Assembly (NCBI GenBank): GCA_016930175.1
Contig: JAFGHJ010000006.1
Span: 68,086-132,085 of the forward strand
Direction of reading: 5' to 3'
DNA length: 64,000 nt
Source: a candidate division WOR-3 bacterium
Lineage (GTDB): Bacteria > Hydrothermota > UBA3072
Shown: positions 9,786 through 19,164 of the stretch, in pieces
How positions within the stretch are numbered: the first letter of the stretch is position 1
How the letters are laid out: the number at the start of each line of letters is the position of its first letter
Notes under the pieces: model-generated
What the model saw: the letters and a program-made list of their open reading frames with translations, nothing else
Databases searched by the model: none
Told to the model about the DNA's origin: nothing
Program-made: the position numbers and the translations under genes

Positions 9786-10496
9786 ATGCAGAATATAAAA
9801 ATAATTGTAGAATATGATGGGACAGATTTCTCAGGTTGGCAAGTCCAGCCCGGAAAGAGAACCGTTCAGGGCGAACTGGAGAAAGCTCTCAGGATAATCT
9901 TTAACAAAAAAATCAGAGTAACAGGTTCGGGCAGAACAGATACAGGGGTTCATGCACTGGGTCAGGTCGTATCTTTTGCTGCCCCAAAACAAATTCCTCC
10001 CGAAGAATTCAAAAATGCAATTAACGGGAATATACCTTATGATATTTTTGTAAAGGATTGCAAGAGGGTCCATGAAGATTTTAACGCAAGATTTTCTGCA
10101 AGCTCAAGAATATACCGCTACCAAATTGCTAAAGGAAAATCGGTGTTCAACAGAAGATATTTTTTTCAAATAGAGGGGGAACTTAATATAAACGATATGA
10201 AAAAAGCAAAAAAAGAGCTCATTGGAGAAAAGGATTTTTCCTATCTTGCAACGAAAGACAGAGGAATTTGTTATGTAAAAAGGATAAAAATTTCTGAGGA
10301 TAAAAACAATATTTTTATTGAGGTAGAAGCCAATCGTTTTCTTCGCAGAATGGTAAGAGGTATCGTTGGTCTTTTACTTTCAGTTGGTAAAGGCGACTTA
10401 AAGCCCTCCGATACAAAAAAAGTTCTTTCCGGCATGAAAAGAAGGCCGCCTGTCGCCCCTCCCCAGGGTCTTTTTCTTATAAAAGTCAAGTATTGA
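9786..10496 (+). CDS. truA: tRNA pseudouridine(38-40) synthase
   Basis: EYDGTDFSGWQ, GSGRTDTGVHA, FNARFSA, FLRRMVR. Start placed at ATG 9786. Confidence 0.97.
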   Translation: MQNIKIIVEYDGTDFSGWQVQPGKRTVQGELEKALRIIFNKKIRVTGSGRTDTGVHALGQVVSFAAPKQIPPEEFKNAINGNIPYDIFVKDCKRVHEDFNARFSASSRIYRYQIAKGKSVFNRRYFFQIEGELNINDMKKAKKELIGEKDFSYLATKDRGICYVKRIKISEDKNNIFIEVEANRFLRRMVRGIVGLLLSVGKGDLKPSDTKKVLSGMKRRPPVAPPQGLFLIKVKY

Positions 10497-10633
10497 ATTT
10501 TATATACAACTTAAAAAAATCAGCCACTAAGCCACCAATACATAAAGAACTAGATATATTTTTATTTTTATAGAAAACCCCTTTACTTTTAGAAAAATAT
10601 AACTATTCTAATATATATAAATAGGGATTTTAA

Positions 10634-11617
10634 ATGACTATTCTTATTGTTGACGATTCAGAAGACCAGTTGTTAGTGCTTAAAGCAATTTTGAATGAAA
10701 AAGGGTATAAAAATATTCTCCTTGCCGATTCTGCGGATAAGGCATTTGAACTAATCGGTCTCAGGGACAAAAAAAGGAAAAAAGATATAGATCTTATCCT
10801 GATGGATATAATGATGCCGGATGTTGATGGCTTGGAAGCCTGTCTCAAAATAAAGAAAAACGAAGAGCTTAAAGATATACCAATAATAATGGTAACTGCG
10901 AAAAAGGAAGCCGATCATCTGCAGTCTGCCTTCCAAGCAGGTGCTGTTGACTACATAACAAAACCGATAAATGTTACAGAGCTTTTAGCCAGAGTCCATT
11001 CTGCTTTAAGACTGAAAATGGAAATAGACAGCAGGAAAGAAAGAGAACGAGAATTAACTGAAATGGCCGAGCAGTTAGACGCAGCAAACAAAAAATTGAC
11101 TCGAATGTCCTACCTGGATGGGTTAACCGATGTCCCCAACCGTCGTTATTTTGAGGAAGTTTTCGCAAGAGAATGGAAAAATGCAATAAGAGAAAATGGT
11201 TTTCTCTCGATCATAATGTTCGACATTGATTGCTTCAAAGCTTATAACGATACGTACGGACATCTTATTGGTGATGACTGTCTAAAAAAGATTGCCAAGA
11301 CTTTAAGCAGCGCTTTAAAAAGACCAAGAGATTTTCTCTGCCGCTATGGGGGAGAAGAATTTATTGCCGTACTTCCGGACACCGACGGAAAGGGTGCTTT
11401 TGAGGTCGCAAACAGATTCCTTAAGAAAACAAAAAACCTGAAAATTACTCACAAGACATCCCCTGTCAGCAAAAACGTTACGATAAGCATAGGAGTGGCA
11501 ACTATTAAACCCGACAGAAAAAAGAAATCAAACTTCTTAATAACCGAAGTTGATAAAGCTCTTTATGAGGCTAAACAATCCGGTAGGAACTGTATAAAAA
11601 TAGTTTGCGGAAGTTAA
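10634..11617 (+). CDS. Response-regulator diguanylate cyclase (REC-GGDEF, PleD/WspR-like)
   Basis: REC (VDD, LILMDIMMP, DYITKP), DGLT, I-site RPRD, GGEEF. Confidence 0.95.
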   Translation: MTILIVDDSEDQLLVLKAILNEKGYKNILLADSADKAFELIGLRDKKRKKDIDLILMDIMMPDVDGLEACLKIKKNEELKDIPIIMVTAKKEADHLQSAFQAGAVDYITKPINVTELLARVHSALRLKMEIDSRKERERELTEMAEQLDAANKKLTRMSYLDGLTDVPNRRYFEEVFAREWKNAIRENGFLSIIMFDIDCFKAYNDTYGHLIGDDCLKKIAKTLSSALKRPRDFLCRYGGEEFIAVLPDTDGKGAFEVANRFLKKTKNLKITHKTSPVSKNVTISIGVATIKPDRKKKSNFLITEVDKALYEAKQSGRNCIKIVCGS

Positions 11618-11631
11618 CAGGAGGGTAAAAA

Positions 11632-11949
11632 ATGCAGGAAAGAACAGGTGATGAGAAAATTAAAGTTAATGTTCCCAGTTATGCAATCCAACTAATCCCA
11701 AAATTCTTAAAAAGCAGAGAAAAGGATATAAAAGAAGTGGAAGATTCTCTTAAAAGAAAAGATTTTGAAACAATTGAGAGACTCGGTCACAGCATGAAAG
11801 GGGCCGGTTCTATGTATGGATTTGATGGCATTTCTGAGTTAGGAAAATTGATTGAATTATCTGCGAAAGACAAAAATACCGTAGATATCATGAACAGCTT
11901 ATCGGAACTCAAGGATTATTTAAGCAGAATAGAAATAGTAAACGAGTAA
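11632..11949 (+). CDS. Stand-alone Hpt phosphotransfer protein
   Basis: LGHSMKGAGSMYGF Hpt motif. Confidence 0.9.
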   Translation: MQERTGDEKIKVNVPSYAIQLIPKFLKSREKDIKEVEDSLKRKDFETIERLGHSMKGAGSMYGFDGISELGKLIELSAKDKNTVDIMNSLSELKDYLSRIEIVNE

Positions 11950-12012
11950 AATCCCCCTTTTAATATCACTTTCAATCTGGGTGCGTCAAAAATCGTCAAG
12001 ATTGTGTACTTT

Positions 12013-13290
12013 TCAGAAATCCGAGTAAGTAGTCTTATGCTGTTTACCTCCTGCTTTCGGTATTATATTCCCACCATCTGTAACAATAAAAATTCTCGCG
12101 CCCTTACCTTTTTTACTCATTGAGCGATTAACTGCTTCCCGTAAAGAATCAAACGGCTTTATAAACATGCCCTTAAGAATTTTATCTTCGATTTCCGAAA
12201 CCGCACATATCTCGGCTTTTTTTGATAATTCAGCAATTCTTGCGGCTTTGTGATAGCCCAAACGATAATCTTCTTTTGCTGCTTTTATTATTTTTTCAGG
12301 GTCAATTGATGAAGAAAGCAACTTATAGAAATTATCAGGCCCGATCCCATCATTACACGCTGCAACTAAAATAAGTATTCCCCCGTCTTTAAGCGCGAAT
12401 TTGCCATGCTCTATTGCTTTATGCGCCTGGTATAAGTTCTTATCCAGAGGTGGTTTTGCAACTGTTATTACAATATCTGCTTTCTCTTTCACAGAAACGA
12501 TAAAAATATCCCGGGAATATTCGCTTGCTTTAAGGAAAGACTCGTGTATGTCTCCGCAGAAAACGGAACAAATGTCTTTTTCGTCTCTTACTACTGCTTG
12601 AATTGAAAAGATTGGTATAGGTGGTATCCTCTTAAAGGCATCCAATAAATCAAGGTGAACCGGATTCCTTGCAAGACTAAGCGGTAAAGCATTATTTTTG
12701 AGAGCGAGTTTGTGATTTTGCTCTATTGTATCGTACCCTGCGAGCCCGGGAACGAAAGACTTTCTTCCTCCCGTAAATCCCGCAAAGTAATGAGGCTCCA
12801 CCGAGCCAATTGTAATAATAGCTCCCGCTTCAATAATTTCTTTATTTATCAACACGTCGGTTCCTTTCTCCGTTTTTCCGATATTGGCGAGGCTTTTATA
12901 GTCCCTTGCGTTATGAATTATAACGTTAGACTTGATTTCATTGTAGAGTTCCCCGAAGATTAATTTTATTTCTTTATTTTGTGGTTCTTTATGGGCACCT
13001 GTCGCTATTATATATCTCGCTTTTTCAAGATCCATTCTTTTTCCTAGTTCCTTTAAAATCTTGAGCGTAGGTGTGGGTCTTGTTGCATCGTTAATTATAA
13101 ATAAAAAATCACTGTTTTGCGTTAGCCATTTTTCAAAAGGGACACTACCGATTGGATTGTCCAGAGCTTTTTGAATTATCTCTTTTTTCCTTTTAGAAGA
13201 TGCCTTATTCGAGCAGACTAATTCGATGTTGATATCCCCGGGTAAGTCCAATTCGATTCTTCCCGAACCATAAGGTATCGCTATCTTCAT
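12013..13290 (-). CDS. larA: Nickel-dependent lactate racemase family protein
   Basis: IINDATRPTP, IATGAH, EPHYFAGFTGGRKS, DKNLYQA. Confidence 0.88.
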   Translation of the reverse strand: MKIAIPYGSGRIELDLPGDINIELVCSNKASSKRKKEIIQKALDNPIGSVPFEKWLTQNSDFLFIINDATRPTPTLKILKELGKRMDLEKARYIIATGAHKEPQNKEIKLIFGELYNEIKSNVIIHNARDYKSLANIGKTEKGTDVLINKEIIEAGAIITIGSVEPHYFAGFTGGRKSFVPGLAGYDTIEQNHKLALKNNALPLSLARNPVHLDLLDAFKRIPPIPIFSIQAVVRDEKDICSVFCGDIHESFLKASEYSRDIFIVSVKEKADIVITVAKPPLDKNLYQAHKAIEHGKFALKDGGILILVAACNDGIGPDNFYKLLSSSIDPEKIIKAAKEDYRLGYHKAARIAELSKKAEICAVSEIEDKILKGMFIKPFDSLREAVNRSMSKKGKGARIFIVTDGGNIIPKAGGKQHKTTYSDF

Positions 13291-13312
13291 TTTATTTTGG
13301 ATCAAGTCTTTC

Positions 13313-14209
13313 CTAAAACTCTCCTGATTCTTGGTCTGGATCCGGATAGGATATTATTCCTTCTATCCTTTTTATTAAAGCGAAAACACTATCAGCAACT
13401 TGTTCGCTTAATCTTCTATTATAATCCATCGCACCTTTTCTTGCGTAGTATATATTCCCAAAATAATATCTTCGAAAAAGAAAAAAATATATTATATATG
13501 CATTTCCATACTCTTCCTTTAATAGTTTGTAAATAATAAAGTATATATTGGCACTATTAAGCAGAAGGGAATTGACACCTTCACCTACATTACCAGCATA
13601 CATCTGCCCTGTACCCGGAACAAAAGTAGATAGCCATTTTGCAGTTGTCGGCGATTTATATTTCATATTCTCTGCATAAGAAAGCACCGTATCTACCGTG
13701 CGAGCAAATACGGTATTCCCTCCTTCTTTAAAATATACTTGCAGAGCATCTCTTGCGGAACCCCACTCGTAACAATAAATATGAACAATTCCTAGAAACA
13801 GGGATGCCTTTCTTCTTATTTCAACTATGTCGCTGAAAGAGATAATCTTAAGAAGCATGAATTTCGCTTTATCATATCTGCCTTCGGCGATATAAGTTAC
13901 GGCGATATCTATCTTTCTTTCTTCTCTTATGCTATCACTAATAGCTGCTTGCGATGATGCTTCCATGGCTTGCAGCGATTCTTTTAGTTTGTGCTCTTCT
14001 CTGTAGGAAAGGCCGATTTTGTAATACGCATAACTTACTTCTTTTGTTGCTGCGTTAAAGTGAATATAACGCTTATATTCTATTATCGCCTCTTCGTAAA
14101 ATCCCAAATCGAAAAATCTATCGGCGAGGTCAAGAACCATGTCCTTTCCGCAAAGAGGAAAGGAAATAAGTGTTAAGAAATAAAGATAAATTCTACTTAA
14201 AGTTTTCAT
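13313..14209 (-). CDS. Exported TPR protein with C-terminal membrane segment
   Basis: Signal-like N-terminus, TPR helices, KSPTTAKWLSTFVPGTGQMY motif. Confidence 0.8.
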   Translation of the reverse strand: MKTLSRIYLYFLTLISFPLCGKDMVLDLADRFFDLGFYEEAIIEYKRYIHFNAATKEVSYAYYKIGLSYREEHKLKESLQAMEASSQAAISDSIREERKIDIAVTYIAEGRYDKAKFMLLKIISFSDIVEIRRKASLFLGIVHIYCYEWGSARDALQVYFKEGGNTVFARTVDTVLSYAENMKYKSPTTAKWLSTFVPGTGQMYAGNVGEGVNSLLLNSANIYFIIYKLLKEEYGNAYIIYFFLFRRYYFGNIYYARKGAMDYNRRLSEQVADSVFALIKRIEGIISYPDPDQESGEF

Positions 14210-15053
14210 CCAGATATTTTTTGACCGATATCTTAAACATCGCTTCTTGTTCTTCGTTATAAATGTCAGCAGCTACAACGGAACCATAAATATTGCCAAG
14301 ATAGAAAAGTCCGCCTAATACACCGAAAATCCATCCCTTAACCGAATGAAGACCATCTTCCTTAAAGCCCTCATACGCTTGCCAGGTGGTAATCCCGGTG
14401 GTCACAAATGAATGAAAACCATCCATAGGACGCTCACAGTAATATTTCCCGGAGCCGGGAATTACTGCAGAAAACATTCCTGAAAGGAATCTATTCTTTT
14501 TTGGAAGTTTCTCTCCCTTTCCCAACAGGAGAAAGATATCTCTTGAATTAGGCATTGTTTCATTCAATAAATCTCTTGCTTTAGCCCATTCCTGTCTTTG
14601 CATGTGATTAAGGGCCCTTAACTGATTGGCTCGAGGATCTTCTGTTAAATGGTCTAAAAAGTAAGACTCCAGTACCTTATTAGATACCATAAAGCTGTCC
14701 ATTAAAGCATAACAAACCCCTATTTCTAAATAAGCTTCCGTTAGAAGATAACTCTGATCGTATTGATTTATAATTTTTTTAAAGTAGTTTATTGAATATT
14801 TATAGCTTTCGCTAAAACGATAGCATAAAGCAATTTTAAGGAATATTGAATCTGCGTTACCTGGAAACGAATCTGTTGCAAAGAGAAAACGTTGATATTC
14901 TGCTGCAGCTTTAGTATATTGCTTTTCGTCGTACAAATAATCAGCAAACCTGCGAATGTTTTCAGGCCTAAAATACTCTATCTCTGAGTCTTTTCCTGCT
15001 AGAGAGAAAGCCACACAAATAATGAAAACAAATATCATCTTTAAGTATTTCAT
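14193..15053 (-). CDS. Exported TPR protein, paralogue of the neighbour
   Basis: Signal peptide, TPR helices, FSAVIPGSGKYY motif and C-terminal hydrophobic helices. Confidence 0.8.
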   Translation of the reverse strand: MKYLKMIFVFIICVAFSLAGKDSEIEYFRPENIRRFADYLYDEKQYTKAAAEYQRFLFATDSFPGNADSIFLKIALCYRFSESYKYSINYFKKIINQYDQSYLLTEAYLEIGVCYALMDSFMVSNKVLESYFLDHLTEDPRANQLRALNHMQRQEWAKARDLLNETMPNSRDIFLLLGKGEKLPKKNRFLSGMFSAVIPGSGKYYCERPMDGFHSFVTTGITTWQAYEGFKEDGLHSVKGWIFGVLGGLFYLGNIYGSVVAADIYNEEQEAMFKISVKKYLDENFK

Positions 15054-15535
15054 TTGTTAAGGATACAGTTGGTCCCTTTATGCGAACAAAGATTTTCAGG
15101 TAAAGAAAATTCACTTCTTGATTTTCCTATATAATAAGCCTCTACGGGATAATCTATTGCATATCCTGTTTTTGTATCGCGCGGGTAATACTTTCTTGAG
15201 GCTCCAAAACATCTCTGCAGCCTATCACTTGCCATAAGAAAGCCGTGAACAGCTCCATACTCCTGTATTGCCTTTGCCATAAAGCGGGAACAGGTAAGCG
15301 TGAAATTACATGAGGGCACATCTTGAGAGGAAAAATAAATCTGATAAAAACGGATAAGTCCCGAAAAAGCAAGTTTGATTTCAGAAGTTTCTTTGAAATC
15401 TAAGAGAGAAATAAAACGCTCCTCCTTTTCTTCCCTTATTATTGGGTTAGCCTCTTGAAGAAATTCTAGTTGATCTTTAACTTCACTTGAAGAGATTAAA
15501 TTTAAAGATAGAAAACAGAATACAATATTTACCAT
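15050..15535 (-). CDS. YidD-like (membrane protein insertion efficiency factor/haemolytic domain) protein
   Basis: IRFYQ..SSQD..CNFTLTCS..AIQEYG..DRLQRC three-Cys pattern with an N-terminal extension. Confidence 0.8.
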   Translation of the reverse strand: MVNIVFCFLSLNLISSSEVKDQLEFLQEANPIIREEKEERFISLLDFKETSEIKLAFSGLIRFYQIYFSSQDVPSCNFTLTCSRFMAKAIQEYGAVHGFLMASDRLQRCFGASRKYYPRDTKTGYAIDYPVEAYYIGKSRSEFSLPENLCSHKGTNCILNK

Positions 15536-16248
15536 TCGATTTCCTCTATCTCTATACCCTGGGGAATTTTAAATTTTGCTACCTCCTCAGGAAAAGAATC
15601 ATTGAAAACTAGATTATTATAAGTGATTTTTTCTATAATGGTGTCTTTGTCTGCAAACAACATCGCGTTTATTTCTCGCGGAAAAGAAAACTCTCCATAA
15701 TCAATATGTTCTCGATAGGAAGCCCTTAAAAGGAGTTCCCCGGTTTCTTTCTTTAACTCAGAAGAAATAATTCTATTGGCAACATAAACTATTTTTAATT
15801 CCCCGATTGTTTTTGATAATATATATGGCGGCTCCCAGTATGTTGTTAAAGTATCTTTTTTTGTTTGGTGTTTTTTTAAAGCGTACCCTTGATCGCACAC
15901 CCCGAAATCCTCTTTCATAACATTCAGAAATGTTTCAAAAAACGAAAACGAAAAAGGATAAGTAGAAATAAATTTGAATGCAACGGAATCCTCGGGATAA
16001 TATATAATTACAGAGTTGCTATCAAAAGACAACCACTGCTTTATTGGCTTTTGGATGGACGCAAGAACCTTATTGGGAAATCGGTAATAGAGAAAGCCTT
16101 CTATTATCTCCTCGTTATTTTTTTGCTTAAGGCTCCTTTTGAACTCTACTTGTGCGTTATTTATAACATATGCGTAAGAAGTCTCATGCGAGATTATGAA
16201 TACAAAAAATAAAAAAGCTGGGCTTGTTTTTCTTAAGGTATTTTTAAT
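15529..16248 (-). CDS. Exported protein, possible LolA-like fold; probable ATT start
   Basis: The frame is open 72 codons upstream of the track's TTG, back to an ATT at 16248, and encodes a signal peptide. Confidence 0.65.
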   Translation of the reverse strand: MKNTLRKTSPAFLFFVFIISHETSYAYVINNAQVEFKRSLKQKNNEEIIEGFLYYRFPNKVLASIQKPIKQWLSFDSNSVIIYYPEDSVAFKFISTYPFSFSFFETFLNVMKEDFGVCDQGYALKKHQTKKDTLTTYWEPPYILSKTIGELKIVYVANRIISSELKKETGELLLRASYREHIDYGEFSFPREINAMLFADKDTIIEKITYNNLVFNDSFPEEVAKFKIPQGIEIEEIEW

Positions 16249-16253
16249 TTACC

Positions 16254-16829
16254 TTATCCTCCGGAACTGCTTCCACAGGAGGAACCGCTTTCGGAACTGC
16301 TTCCGCAGGAGGAACCATCGCTGCTTCCGCAGGAGGAGCCTTCGCTACTCCCACAGGAAGAGCCTTCCCCCCAGCAGCTACCATATCCGCAGTTTTCACT
16401 CATATAATTATCGCAACTCTCTTCATTGTAAGTTGTGCAACTTTCATTGCAACTCTCGTTCACTTCCATTGCAAGTAGTGCGCATCCGCCCATGGTTAGG
16501 GTAAATCCGCACCCAATACAACTATACATAGTTTGAATTCTTCTCACCCTCGATCGATAAGAATCAGCATAAGTTCTAACATATACAGGGGATCTGCCTG
16601 CAAAAGCTGCCGGATCAGGCGATGATGACTGCCAGATCATTGCGACACCAGTGCCTATTACAGTCATCCCTGCTCCAAACCAGCAAGCTTTATTTACGTC
16701 GTTATTGGCTGCTTTTTCAGCTTCACTCTTTGCCATGTACCGATCAAGTTCTTCGGCGGCCAGCAGCTGTGTAGGTAAAACAAGAAATAGTGTTAATGAG
16801 AGTATGACAAACACCTTTAAAAATTTCAT
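16254..16829 (-). CDS. Membrane/exported protein with Cys-Ser-Gly tandem-repeat tail
   Basis: Signal peptide, two hydrophobic segments, C-terminal (E/D/S)GSSCGSS x4. Promoter TTGACA/TATAAT upstream. Confidence 0.8.
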   Translation of the reverse strand: MKFLKVFVILSLTLFLVLPTQLLAAEELDRYMAKSEAEKAANNDVNKACWFGAGMTVIGTGVAMIWQSSSPDPAAFAGRSPVYVRTYADSYRSRVRRIQTMYSCIGCGFTLTMGGCALLAMEVNESCNESCTTYNEESCDNYMSENCGYGSCWGEGSSCGSSEGSSCGSSDGSSCGSSSESGSSCGSSSGG

Positions 16830-16995
16830 ATTTATGATTACCTTACTAGAATATTATAAAATTTTTTCAATAATTGTCAAGTACATAAATTTTGCTTGTA
16901 ATTATTATAAGTAAATGTCAAATTTTGCAGGAGAAACCTGAACTTTATTTATAATAAATGGTTTATATTCTTTTAATTAAAAGGAGAAAAAACCT

Positions 16996-17041
16996 GTGAC
17001 ATTTATGTCACCCTTGACAAAAGGAAAAAAAACCATATAAT
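16996..17041 (+). promoter_or_regulatory. Palindrome GTGACAT-TT-ATGTCAC abutting a consensus promoter TTGACA-N16-TATAAT
   Basis: Palindrome at 16996-17011, -35 at 17014-17019, -10 at 17036-17041. Confidence 0.7.
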
Positions 17042-17046
17042 TAAGA

Positions 17047-17125
17047 ACGGACAAATTGAGATGTCTTTTTGTCTGAGTGTTTAATTTCTCCAGGCGGGAG
17101 CTTATTGCTCTCGCCATATTTTTTT
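17047..17125 (+). ncRNA. Candidate small RNA (~80 nt)
   Basis: Consensus promoter, no credible ORF, plus-strand intrinsic terminator GGCGGGAGC-TTATT-GCTCTCGCC followed by a T-run. Confidence 0.55.
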
Positions 17126-17137
17126 ATTAAGCCTGAT

Positions 17138-17653
17138 TCAATACTTGATTACTGATTCCACGCAATAATTCTTTAACTTTTCTCTCCCTCTAAGGTCAGT
17201 CAATTCTATGAGAAAAAGAAGCGAGCTTATCTTACCTCCAAATTTTTCTACCAAGTGAGCGCTTGCTAGTGCGGTGCCGCCAGTTGCGAGTAAATCGTCG
17301 ATTATAACAACCCTATCTCCTCCCCCAATAGCGTCTTTATGCAATTCTATTGTATTCTCACCGTATTCAAGAGTATAAGATTCGCTTACAATCTCGGCTG
17401 GAAGTTTACCGGGTTTCCGGATAATGTTCAAAGGCAACCCAAGATTATAGGCAATCGGGGAAGCAAAAATAAAGCCCCTGGATTCAACGCCCAGAATAAG
17501 ATCCACCTCTTTACCTCTCACCAGGTTAGTCATACAGTCAACGGCTTCTCTGAAAGCCTCCTTATTTTTCAGCAGAGTAGTAACATCTCTAAAAAGAATT
17601 CCTTTTTTTGGAAAATCCAGTATGTCTCTAATATGTTTTTTCAATTCTTCCAT
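17138..17653 (-). CDS. apt: Adenine phosphoribosyltransferase
   Basis: DFPKKGILFRD, ESRGF, RKPGKLP, IIDDLLATGGT. Confidence 0.98.
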   Translation of the reverse strand: MEELKKHIRDILDFPKKGILFRDVTTLLKNKEAFREAVDCMTNLVRGKEVDLILGVESRGFIFASPIAYNLGLPLNIIRKPGKLPAEIVSESYTLEYGENTIELHKDAIGGGDRVVIIDDLLATGGTALASAHLVEKFGGKISSLLFLIELTDLRGREKLKNYCVESVIKY

Positions 17654-17654
17654 A

Positions 17655-17927
17655 TTAAAACCTCACTTCGAATCCTTCAAATTCACCCTGATACTCTTCG
17701 TCTTTCACTTCTGCTCCCGTTACAGAGGAAAGAGAAGGACCTATTTTTACATTTTTAGTAAACTCTTCTAGTTGCCATTTCTCTCCTTCAGCCACAATCT
17801 CAACCTTCCCATCCGGAGTATTTCTCACCCATCCCGATATTCCTGATTCTCTTGCCTTTCTTACGGTAAAATATCTAAAACCGACTCCCTGAACAATCCC
17901 GCTTACCCATATATGTATTCTATGCAT
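17655..17927 (-). CDS. acyP: Acylphosphatase
   Basis: VSGIVQGVGFR, GWVRN. Confidence 0.96.
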   Translation of the reverse strand: MHRIHIWVSGIVQGVGFRYFTVRKARESGISGWVRNTPDGKVEIVAEGEKWQLEEFTKNVKIGPSLSSVTGAEVKDEEYQGEFEGFEVRF

Positions 17928-18095
17928 GTTTTTATGTATATATATTATATTTAGGATGTCAAGAGGGATTGTTTTCCAAGTTACAGTTTTTGCAGGCTTT
18001 TTGATACTTCTCCATCACAAAGCCTTGTATATCCGGTAATTTCATCTTGACTTTTATTGGCATCAGGCTATAATAAATTTAAGGAGAATGATAAT

Positions 18096-19160
18096 ATGGA
18101 TAAAGAACTAAAAAAGTTTTTCCGCGAGCTTGTAGAAGCTCCCAGCCCTTCGGGATTTGAGGAACCGGCTCAGGAAGTGTACAGAAAATTTGTAAGAAAA
18201 TACTCCGATGAAGTAAAAACGGATGTTCACGGCAATGTAATAGCTTTCCGTAAAGGTAAAGGAAAGTTAAAAATGATGGTCTCGGGGCACGCTGACGAGA
18301 TTGGATTCATGGTTAATTTTATCGATAGCGATGGTTTTATATACTTTCGCGCCATAGGAGGAGTTGACCCTTCTCTTTTACCCGGTCTCAAAGTCGATAT
18401 TTACACAAAGAAAGGAAAGATACGGGGAGTCATTGGAAGGAAAGCAATTCACATGATGGAAAAAGAAGAGAGAGAAAAGACTCCGCAGTTAAAGGATTTA
18501 TGGATAGATATCGGCGCCAAGGACAAGAAACAAGCAGAAACCCTCGTATCAATTGGAGACCCCATAACTTTCCAATTGGGTATGGAAGATCTGCAGAATG
18601 ATCTCGTTCTTACGAAAGCAACAGATAATAAAGCAGGGGTCTTTGCCTCGGGAGCGCTGCTAAAATATTTAGAGAAAGAGAAAACTGAAGCAAACCTCTT
18701 CTGCGTTTCTTCCGTTCAGGAGGAGCTGGGCCTTAGAGGAGCCCGTACAAGTGCCTTTGGAATTGCTCCTGACATTGGTTTGGCGTTTGACGTTACAACT
18801 GCCACAGACCATCCAACGACAGAGAAAAAGAAGTATGGAGATATTTCGCTAAATAAGGGGCCCGCGATTGCCAAGGGCGCAAACATTAATCCCGTTATTT
18901 TTGATATGTTGCTCAGTACGGCTAAGAAAAACAATATTGACTATCAAATCGAGGCGGCTCCGAGAGCAACAGGTACCGATGCTAATATCATACAACTTAC
19001 AAGGAGTGGTGTAGCTACTGGTTTAATCAGTTTCCCTAATCGTTATATGCATACTCCTATTGAGATTGTATCTCTAAAAGATATAGAAAAGGCTGTGAAG
19101 CTTGCCGGAGAGTTTATCAAAACTTTGAATGATAAAATAGACTTTACTCCGGGAATGTAA
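18096..19160 (+). CDS. M42 family metallo-aminopeptidase
   Basis: SPSGFE, GHADEIG, DNKAG, QEELGLRGA, GTDA, RYMHT. Confidence 0.95.
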   Translation: MDKELKKFFRELVEAPSPSGFEEPAQEVYRKFVRKYSDEVKTDVHGNVIAFRKGKGKLKMMVSGHADEIGFMVNFIDSDGFIYFRAIGGVDPSLLPGLKVDIYTKKGKIRGVIGRKAIHMMEKEEREKTPQLKDLWIDIGAKDKKQAETLVSIGDPITFQLGMEDLQNDLVLTKATDNKAGVFASGALLKYLEKEKTEANLFCVSSVQEELGLRGARTSAFGIAPDIGLAFDVTTATDHPTTEKKKYGDISLNKGPAIAKGANINPVIFDMLLSTAKKNNIDYQIEAAPRATGTDANIIQLTRSGVATGLISFPNRYMHTPIEIVSLKDIEKAVKLAGEFIKTLNDKIDFTPGM

Positions 19161-19164
19161 TCTT

